Assembly (NCBI GenBank): GCA_002269645.1
Contig: NIVC01000180.1
Location: forward strand, 310,001 to 374,000
Reading direction: 5' to 3'
From: Macrostomum lignano
Taxonomy: Eukaryota
Length of the DNA: 64,000 nt
The position numbers and the translations under genes were made by a program. The notes beneath the pieces were generated by a model that worked only from the letters and a program-made list of their open reading frames with translations, ran no database searches and was not told where the DNA came from. Below are positions 35,146 through 44,960 of the stretch, in pieces. The stretch's first letter is position 1. Every line of letters starts with the position of its first letter.

Positions 35146-38100
35146 TCAGTCCTGCAATTTCAGGCGGGACAACACAAATATGATAAATTACTCTGAGTCC
35201 GAGACTTCTGGACTAGCAATCCACTGAGACTAGACTAGCAATCCAGTGTGACTAGACTAGCAATCCACTGTGACTAGACTAGCATTCCACTGTGATTAGA
35301 CTAGCAATCCACTGTGACTAGACTAGCAATCCACTGTGAATAGACTAGCAATCCACTGTGAATAGACTAGCAATCCACTGAGACTAGACTAGCAATCCAC
35401 TGTGACTAGACTAGCAATCCACTGTGACTAGACTAGCAATCCACTGTGAATAGACTAGCAATCCACTGTGAATAGACTAGCAATCCACTGTGATTAGACT
35501 AGCAATCCACTGTGACTAGACTAGCAATCCACTGTGAATAGACTAGCAATCCAGTGTGACTAGACTAGCAATCCAGTGTGACTAGACTAGCAATCCACTG
35601 AGACTAGACTAGCAATCCACTGTGACTAGACTAGCAATCCACTGTGATTAGACTAGCAATCCACTGTGAATAGACTAGCAATCCACTGTGAATAGACTAG
35701 CAATCCACTGTGACTAGACTAGCAATCCACTGATTAGACTAGCAATCCACTGATTAGACTAGCAATCCATTGTGACTAGACTAGCAATCCACTGTGACTA
35801 GACTAGCAATCCACTGATTAGACTAGCAATCCACTGATTAGACTAGCAATCCATTGTGACTAGACTAGCAATCCACTGTGACTAGACTAGCAATCCACTG
35901 TGAATAGACTAGCATTCCTCTGTGAATAGACTAGCAATCCTCTGTGAATAGACTAGCATTCCTCTGTGAATAGACTAGCAATCCACTGATTAGACTAGCA
36001 ATCCACTGATTAGACTAGCAATCCATTGTGACTAGACTAGCAATCCACTGTGACTAGACTAGCAATCCACTGATTAGACTAGCAATCCACTGATTAGACT
36101 AGCAATCCATTGTGACTAGACTAGCAATCCACTGTGACTAGACTAGCAATCCACTGTGAATAGACTAGCATTCCTCTGTGAATAGACTAGCAATCCTCTG
36201 TGAATAGACTAGCATTCCTCTGTGAATAGACTAGCAATCCTCTGTGAATAGACTAGCAATCCACTATGACTAGACTAGCAATCCACTGTGAATAGACTAG
36301 CAATCCACTGTGAATAGACTAGCAATCCACTGTGACTAGACTAGCAATCCACTATCACTCACAGACGAAGAGCTGCCGTCCTGAACGAGCTGCAAACACG
36401 GAGGAGGCTGCGCCGGTCTCCTGTGCCCGACTGTCTGCTTTGCGCCCGACCGTGATGCAACCAGGCCGCGAGGCGGGCGCTTTCTGGCCGCAAGTGGCAG
36501 CTGGAGAGGCGGCTGCGCATAATTCATCTGGCTGGTGACTCCCGCCACTGGGGGCCTGGGAGGCTTCTGCCAAAGGAGTAAAGGGGGGCTGATTGGCAAC
36601 TTTTCAAAGTAGGTATTGACTGAGCACTCCTCACGTCAATACAGGATTGACTGAGCACTCCTCACACCAATACAGTATTGACTGAGCACTCCTCACGCCA
36701 ATACAGAATTGACTGAGCACTCCTCACATCAATACGTATTGACTGAGCACTCCTCACACCAATACAGTATTGACTGAGCACTCCTCACACCAATACAGTA
36801 TTGACTGAGCACTCCTCACGCCAATACAGAATTGACTGAGCACTCCTCACATCAATACAGTATTGACTGAGCACTCCTCACACCAATACAGAATTGACTG
36901 AGCACTCCTCACGTCAATACAGGATTGACTGAGCACTCCTCACATCAATACAGGATTGACTGAGCACTCCTCACGTCAATACAGTATTGACTGAGCACTC
37001 CTCACGTCAATACAGTATTGACTGAGCACTCCTCACGTCAATACAGTATTGACTGAGCACTCCTCACGTCAATACAGTATTGACTGAGCACTCCTCACGC
37101 CAATACAGAATTGACTGAGCACTCCTCACATCAATACAGTATTGACTGAGCACTCCTCACACCAATACAGAATTGACTGAGCACTCCTCACGTCAATACA
37201 GGATTGACTGAACACTCCTCACATCAATACAGGATTGACTGAGCACTCCTCACGTCAATACAGGATTGACTGAGCACTCCTCACGTCAATACAGTATTGA
37301 CTGAGCACTCCTCACGTCAATACAGTATTGACTGAGCACTCCTCACGTCAATACAGGATTGACTGAGGACTCCTCACACCAATACAGTATTGACTGAGCA
37401 CTCCTCACGTCAATACAGGATTGACTGAGCACTCCTCACACCAATACAGTATTGACTGAGCACTCCTCACGTCAATACAGGATTGACTGAACACTCCTCA
37501 CATCAATACAGTATTGACTGAGCACTCCTCACGTCAATACAGGATTGATTGAGGACTCCTCACACCAATACAGTATTGACTGAGCACTCCTCACGTCAAT
37601 ACAGGATTGACTGAGCACTCCTCACACCAATACAGTATTGACTGAGCACTCCTCACGCCAATACAGTATTGACTGGGCAGAATTGGGTGTGATGCGCCAA
37701 GGTGTCTACAGTCCTCCTGCGAATATTATCAATAGTTTGATATTTTTACTTCAACTCGTACCTGCGATCGCAGCAACTCGCGCGGCAGGCCCCCGGGCTT
37801 CCTGGAGGCCAGCGGGCAGTTCTGCAGGGACAGCAGAAAATCCCGACTGTAGCAGATTCTCCTGCCGCTGCCCGCCTGCTGCTGCTGCTGCTGTTTCGCA
37901 GCCGGCACCGGCCGAAGCACCCGGAACAGCCCCTCATTGTGGCCTCTGCGCCGCTGTCCAGTCGGCTCTCTGCTATCCAAGCCGCTGCCTTTTTCGTCCG
38001 AAGACGCCCCGGACGAGGGCGCCGATTCGGGCCGCTCAGTGGCGCACATTTCGCAGCCCGGTCGGCGCCACCTGTTCCTGAAGGTGCACACCGGGCAGTC

Positions 38101-39790
38101 CCAGGTGCGCTGCGGCTGCTTGGCCTGTCATGAGGGGGGGGATACCAGAGTCAGTCAACTGTAGTCGATCGCCTACTGAAGAGTAGCAAGAACAGAATGT
38201 GAAGCGAATCTCTTATCGAATGCCTACTGAAGAGTAGCAAGAACGGAATGTGAAGCGAATCTCTTATCGAATGCCTACTGAAGAGTAGCAAGAACGGAAT
38301 GTGAAGCGAATCTCTTATCGATTGCCTACTGAAGAGTAGCAAGAACGGAATGTGAAGCGAATCTCTTATCGATCGCCGACTGACATTTGAATAAAGATTT
38401 TAGCGTGTGAGGCCCCAGCTCAGCGGTTACGACCAGTTGATTGACAACTTGCCAGCTTGCCGGCGGGGGCTTCGAGCAGCCTGCACATGGATACGTACGC
38501 AGGTGCAACAATCACATATGGCGTTCAGCGGCCCTGCACTTACATAATTGTAATAATTGTCAAGCATGCAGGCCCTACATACGAGTACTCTGTGATTTCC
38601 AGCCAGTACTAATAGGCTTAACTGCTGTTCCAACCACTTACCACAGGCTCCATGGCAACGGAAACCGTTGCCGCGGGCACAGCTGGACTTGGCTCAACAT
38701 CCTCTTTTGCTGGTGAAGCTTCTGGCGTCGCTGCAGGCTGCGGATCGCCGAGCACGTACAGGTGCACCGGCTGCGTCTCGCTGACCGCCCCGAGATCCTT
38801 TAAGCACCTGGGGAGCAACAATGATGTCGGAGTTTTGCGTGGTTGGAAGCAAAAAATCGGGATTGTACTCCATGAAGGCTGGCCCATTAACGGGGGATCT
38901 GGGAGGCTGGCCCAGCGCAGCAACTGAGGATCTGGGAAGCTGGCCCAGGAACTGCGGATCTGGGAAACTGGCCCATTAACTGAGGATCTGGGAGGCTGGC
39001 CCAGCAACTGAGGATCTGGGAAGCTGGCCCAGGAACTGAAGATCTGGGAAACTGGCCCATTAACTGAGGATCTGGGAGGCTGGCTCAGCAACTGAGGATC
39101 TGGGAGGCTGGCCCAGCAACTGAGGAATCTGGGAGGCTGGCCTAGCAACTGGGGATCTGGGAGGCTGGCCCAGCAACTGAGGATCTGGGAGGGGCTGGCC
39201 TAGCAACTGGGGATCTGGGAGGCTGGCCCAGCAACTGAGGATCTGGGAGGCTGGCCCTGCAACTGAGGATCTGGGAGGCTGGCCCTGCAAATGAGGATCT
39301 GGGAGGCTGGCCCAGCAACTGAGGACCTGGAAGGGTGGCAGCAGACCAGTAAAAATTACCGGTCGTCAGAAGCCAGCAGCCCGCCTGCGATCCAGCACTG
39401 CCGTCCGGGCGGTAGGTCCCGAGCTCGAGCCGCCACCCGGGCCCGCAGCTCGCCAATCCGAGTGTCGCCGCGCGCCATCAAGCGGAGCAGCTGGCGCTGC
39501 CGGCCGCGGCCCTCCAGGGCTACCGGCAGGGCGAACCAGCCGTCATCCAGCAGCGACCGCCGCGCGACCACCGGTGATTCTTCCTGCTGCTGCGGCATCG
39601 CCAGTGGAGGCGGCGCAGGCCGGATGTCCAGCTGGACGTGCCGTTCGCAGAGCAGCCGCGCTTGGCGAGCTGCCTCCTCGGCGTCGCCTGACTTGATGGC
39701 AGCTTCAAGTCGGGCCGCGGCTGAGGAGACAGCTGGCCACCAGTCAGCAGCAACGCCCTTGGAAGCTGCGGTGGGACTGGGAGGCTCCAG
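35146..39790 (-). CDS. SHARPIN: SHARPIN-like LUBAC adaptor (LTM-UBL-NZF) with a C-terminal eIF4E-binding motif; start codon not found in the genome
   Basis: Exons 39360-39790, 38642-38807 and 37762-38124 are well supported; 36363-36566 and 35146-35151 (D-stop) are tentative. All are frame-consistent. LTM ARLEAAIKSGDAEEAARQARLLCE; UBL ..IGELRARV..LPPGRQCWIAGGLLASDDRCLKDLG..PVHLYVL; NZF TWDCPVCTFRNRWRRPGCEMCATERP. No RBR. Confidence 0.78.
35208..36355. repeat. 22-bp minisatellite (gactagcaatccactgtgacta) in SHARPIN-like intron
   Basis: Tandem copies. Confidence 0.95.
36614..37675. repeat. 31-bp hairpin-unit minisatellite (gtattgactgagcactcctcacgtcaataca) in SHARPIN-like intron
   Basis: Tandem copies; each unit is an internal inverted repeat. 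Confidence 0.95.
38168..38375. repeat. 51-bp unit x4 in SHARPIN-like intron
   Basis: gcctactgaagagtagcaagaacggaatgtgaagcgaatctcttatcgaat. Confidence 0.9.
38878..39335. repeat. 28-bp minisatellite (gctggcccagcaactgaggatctgggag) in SHARPIN-like intron
   Basis: Tandem copies. Confidence 0.95.
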
Positions 39791-41299
39791 CTGTAAAATA
39801 GAAGACTAGACTAGATGGCTGAATTCCAGAAAAGCCAATGCACAGTCCATAAAAAGATGTTCTTTTAACATGCAGATGCAGGCCACCTTTTAAAGTGGCA
39901 AATAGTTAGTAGTAATGCAACTAGGCCATAGGCCATAGCTAACCTATGTTTTGTTTAAACTCAGGAAAATTGATAATGGCTTGCTAATAGAATAGTTAAA
40001 AGCCCAAAGCAATGTCTACAAAATATATATGCTAGCTAATGTAGTCTATTAGTATTAATTATATAAAACAATTTAATTAAAAAAGAATGCAAATAGTAAT
40101 TAGTTAGACTTATTAGTTATAAGTTAACCACCAGATTATTTTACAAGTATTTTGCTGCCCTTATTTTTGTGCATTATTTTTTACACATGCCCCCCAACAT
40201 CATGTATGTATTTCTACCAGATTGGAAACATAAAGTGTATACCTAAAAATGAAGAATATGAATATGAAAAAAAGAGATAATTCAAAGGCACAATAAATGC
40301 TTTATAGTAAAGCAAAAATTGTTGAAAGGTATAATATGCTAAGTTAACATTAAATACTTTAGCATAGGCATAAAAACTTTTGAGAAAAAAACTTTTTATT
40401 TATTAAAAGTTTATTTTTATTAAAAAAATATCTTGCTTCTAGTTCTTTTAGATAGTCTACTATTTGTTTCTTATTTATAATTTCTATTTATATTTTTTTA
40501 AAATGTTCATACAAATTTTGACTTGCTTTTTTAAAATAAATTTATTCAATTATTGTGTATATTAATTATGATCATAGTCCTTATAGTTATAAGAAAATAT
40601 ACTACAAAGTCAAAAAAATTGTGACAATAAAATGGTCAAAACATTTTTTATGCCTAGTCTGATTTTCATGAACTAAATTTATTTGAAAACCTCTCAATAA
40701 GATCTACACAATATAATGCAAACATTTCCATATGTTTCAAATTAAAAAATCTAAGGACCTCTTATTATAATAAGTATAACTATAATATAAGTGGTTTGAT
40801 TCTTAAAATAAATTTTTATTATATTGGATTAACGAATTAGTTGTTTGTTATTGTTATATTCTGAAATATAAATAATTACTCATACTTGTTTCAATATTAA
40901 TATTATACATTATATGAGATTAAATACAAGACTGCAACTGCGAGTGGTACATGGTAAAGGGGATAGGGAAGAAAGTAGATCTACCCACAGGCCACATATA
41001 CTTGATAAGTCAGATTAACTTTAATGATAATTGATAACCATTAACAAGACCATGGGTCTTTCAAAGAGGCATGCTACCTACCTACTTCATCTCTTAGAAG
41101 TTAGATAGACTAGATACAAGATATCCCTCCTAAAAATATCTAATTATGGCTATGCTATAAAAATTATGATATTGGGAGGTTACTTTGTAAGATTATCCCA
41201 AAAAAATCTAGTTATCTTTTATTTTAATAGGCCTAACTCAAAATCCAAATATGAAAAAACAACTTCAACGGCTTTTCAGCTTATTTTATAAAACATAAT

Positions 41300-41416
41300 G
41301 GGCCCGTTCTATAAAGCCATCGTAAGATAAGATCGTTCTTAGCTCCCATCTCCGTAGTGTAAAAGTTCCGACGTACGATCGAACTTACGCTACGACAGCT
41401 TTATAGTACGACCCCC
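41300..41416. mobile_element. Small MITE-like inverted-repeat element
   Basis: Left gggcccgttctataaagccatcgtaag..gatcgt is imperfectly complementary to right acgatcg..ttacgctacgacagctttatagtacgaccc. No clear TSD. Confidence 0.5.
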
Positions 41417-42330
41417 ATATCTGATCTTTTCGCTATTTTATTGGCAAACATTATGTTTTTTATCTAAAAACTATGTGAGTCCATCGGACGGACCCATTTG
41501 GATGATTTTTAAAAATCACCTGCTGTCCCTGCAATTTGAAAGCGAAAATAAATTCTGATTTCTAAACAAGGCATCAACTTGAAAAATATCATTAATGACA
41601 TCTGATCGAGAAAATTAGTTTTTAGTTAATAATTTGAGTTTCAAGCAGAAACGTAACTTTTTTAAGTTAAGATTATGTTTTAAATGCTCTATTACTCTGT
41701 TTAATTAGTAAATCTTATTACTATCACGTTGTTATAACGATGAACGACGACATCTAACGGTGTGTAAAACAGCAAGCAGTAAAACAGTCATTTTAGCTGA
41801 AATTTACGCTTGTGGCGACCGGACAGCTTCTTGTCTAAATAAGACCGTGCTTAAGGCACTGCAAAAAACAATTCCTCCGCGAAATCTGTTCGGAAAACAC
41901 AGTTTTAGTGTTGCCTAACAATTGTCAACGACAATTTTGTCTTAACAGCTGCAGAGGCAGGTCCCAGAATTTTTTTGTCGTCGGTCTCCATCCAGCTTTT
42001 AAAACCTCTTTAATCTCGGATGAAAATACATACGTGTAGCTCTAATTTCCTAACATGCAATGTCAGAAGAGAAAAACGCTTCTATCAGGACAAAAAAAGC
42101 TACATGTAAATGTTACATGTACATGTACATGTATGGTTATACACCATGTCAATGTATGTACTAGCTGTACATGTATACCCGTACATATATGTATGTTTAG
42201 CCCTAGATTGTCAGGCTGAAAAGTACCTGATACATTCCAACCACGTCTTGTGGTGCTTTGCATCTTTGATTGCAGTAACGTACAACTGCATATATACGCA
42301 GGAATTTAAATTTGGAGGGGGCAATTCCCC

Positions 42331-42688
42331 CAGTGGCGGCGCAGGGGGAGCGGGGGGGGGCGGGCTGCCCCCGGGTGACCACCCCTCACCACCCTCAGGG
42401 GGTGACCACCCCCAGGGGGTGACCACCCACCTAAAAAAAATTGGTACTTTACCATATTTTTTCAAAAGTGTGGTCACCCCATGGGGCATGGGGGTGGTCA
42501 CCTGAGACCTCAGGGGGGTGGTCACCCGGTAGGGCCTGTAGGCTGTAAGGGTGGTGACGTTTTTTTGGAATTTTTTTTGGAATTTTTTTTATATAATTTT
42601 TTCTGGGGGTGACCACCCAGCCGGGGGGGTGACCACCCAACCACCGCCCCCCCCCCAGCTGGAGGTCCTGCGCCGTGCGCCGCCACTG
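42331..42688. mobile_element. hAT-type MITE (358 bp)
   Basis: 13-bp TIRs CAGTGGCGGCGCA / TGCGCCGCCACTG, 8-bp TSD AATTCCCC (42323-42330, 42689-42696), and internal repeated GGTGACCACC motifs in both orientations. Confidence 0.85.
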
Positions 42689-43507
42689 AATTCCCCAACC
42701 CTATAATTGTGCAATTATTTGGTATCTTGGTACGTTAATTGGACGCCCTACGCTCGTAATGTACATGTACATGTATTGCTGAGATGTCAAGGGAATCATG
42801 GGGGGAATTCCTGAGATTTCATGGTTGAAGTCATGCTGAATCTATACGTAGTTTATTCAAAAAAAATTATTCCATTCTTTGTTGGTTCCCAACGGGGGCA
42901 CAGCTGATTGCTAGTGTATCTCCTAAATATGGGTAGGTTTAATCCCCCTGTCACTTGGTGGGCGCCCGGCGGTGTCTTGGTTGGCATTGGCACCGATCTC
43001 TCTCTCTTTTCTTATGGTGGTCGATCCCCACTTGGTGGTAGGCGCCCCCTGACTCTCGCTGGGCGCGCCCCCTTCATTTCCAGGTCAGTGCCCTTCACCC
43101 CCATATACATGTATCTTCTAGGCAATAGATATAGTACTCCTGTCTCGCTAAACTCGCTTAAACTAAATATCTTTTTGCGATCTATGTTCTTGTGCATTCA
43201 TATTTGATTTTGCGTGCAGAATTGGCTACAATCTTGCACGCTCAAGCATGAAGTTGGAAGTATAAGGTCCAATGCATCAAAAGGTACAAGATTGAAATCT
43301 ATTTTTAGAAATGGAAAACCCTCTTTTTCTCACCCCTGATCTCCCACCCTCTTCAACGTGCAGGATTGATTTTTCTATGGTCTAACTTCATGTATTGTCT
43401 CTGATTAAAATATAGAATCAAGTAAGAATGAGATTTTTAGCTAATTTTATGAGTTTATAAGTACTCAGTAGCTCTCGACAAACAAGGTAAGGCAAACACC
43501 AGCTGCA

Positions 43508-43996
43508 ATGGCGCTAGAGCAAATTCTGTTGGTCCTGACTGTGTCCATCATTGCCGTGTGCGTCATCATCGGCTGGGCGTTGGCGGCAGTCTTTGTCCGC
43601 ATCCTGTACTCCTCCCCTGGGGCCGACAGCGCCATTTCTCTTCGTCGCGGCGTCTTCACCCTGCCGCGCTCGAACTACAGGCCGCCGCCAGCGCTGCTGC
43701 GCCTGCGAAAGCCCGCCTCAGGCGACGATGCCACCCTGGAGCAGCGGTCCAAGGACAATCAGCAGGTGAACTGGTGCAACCACCGGCTGCCCTACTGGCC
43801 CCTCGGACAGGATTGGCACCGATTGGAGTCGCAAGTCAATTCCAGACTGCAAGTGCTGCGAGATTCAACTACTGTTAGTAATAGCAACTGCAATACAAAC
43901 AACACCTGCATTGATTCGGTTGGATTGTCGTCCGGATTGCCTTCAGAGCCTGAGGCCATTCTCCTTCAGTACACCTTCCTGTACGATATGGTGTGA
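43508..43996 (+). CDS. Orphan single-pass membrane protein, 162 aa, single exon
   Basis: GC-rich ORF in AT-rich surroundings; N-terminal hydrophobic helix ILLVLTVSIIAVCVIIGWALAAVFV. No recognisable family. Confidence 0.55.
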   Translation: MALEQILLVLTVSIIAVCVIIGWALAAVFVRILYSSPGADSAISLRRGVFTLPRSNYRPPPALLRLRKPASGDDATLEQRSKDNQQVNWCNHRLPYWPLGQDWHRLESQVNSRLQVLRDSTTVSNSNCNTNNTCIDSVGLSSGLPSEPEAILLQYTFLYDMV

Positions 43997-44960
43997 CAAA
44001 CTGCAGATACGTACGTAGATAAAGGCTCGTAATTTCTAAATACACTTTGCGGCGTTCTTTTTACTTTGTTAAAACTTTACGGGCATGTAACAGTGGTTTG
44101 GTCGACAAAATGCTTGCACTTGTGTTACAAAGTCTGTTTTTATTTCCTGAATTCGATTTTAGAATGACTGCTTAATAGTTATGGTTGCATATCATAGCAT
44201 CAGAATTATGTACGCGAGAGAAGCTAGATTTGCTAGATCGGGCATACAGAAATTTTAGCGGCGAATTGACTTCGCATCCATCCCAGCATCAGTTTCACAA
44301 GCCGAGGGCATGGTTGCTGCGAACAATAAAAGCTACAATGGATTCGGGTCTTTAGTTTCACTCCCTTCACTCCCTTTCTCCCTGGCCTCCACCCCCTTCC
44401 TTCAACAGTCACAGAGCCCAGCCTACCCTGCCGTGGCTAGAAGCCATGCAAACGCGCAATTGGACGTTGAGGCCGGCAGAAACTGGGGTTGAGAGGGAGA
44501 CAAGAGGGGCTAAAACAGATCGATTTTTCTGTCCCCGCCTGGACTCCCACCCCTCGCCTCTGACCCGCCGCTTCGCGCTAATTCTCGGTTGTGAGGGAGG
44601 CATGCAGAGCAGCTGCTGAGTACAGTCCTAACCCAAGCAGGAGAGCGTGGCTTTTACCTTCTCATGATACTCAGCCCCGAGAGTACGCTCTCACCTCTGT
44701 AGCATCGCTTGCTCTGAACTTCCTCCTCCACTGCCTCTGTCGGAGCCTCCTTACCTGAGCGGCTGTAGGCACGCCTCCCTCCCTGCGTACCCCACAGTTC
44801 CTACCCTGCTGTATCACTAGGCCCGTTTAATTTGTGAGTCAGTCAGCCTCCGCCTGCAGCCTCGCTTTCTCCTTGCGGCATTGAGACCGGAAATTCGGCG
44901 AACCAGTTCGCGAGTCTAGCTTTACAGAGCTCCGCATCAGCCGCGAGCAGGGTCGGAGCC

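Noticed and set aside
36614-37675. CRISPR-like palindromic repeats
   Set aside because: No spacers, no cas genes, and a eukaryotic intron context.
38427-38480. Candidate extra SHARPIN-like exon (AARSPRRQAGK..)
   Set aside because: No phase-0 donor; the flanking exons join in frame without it.
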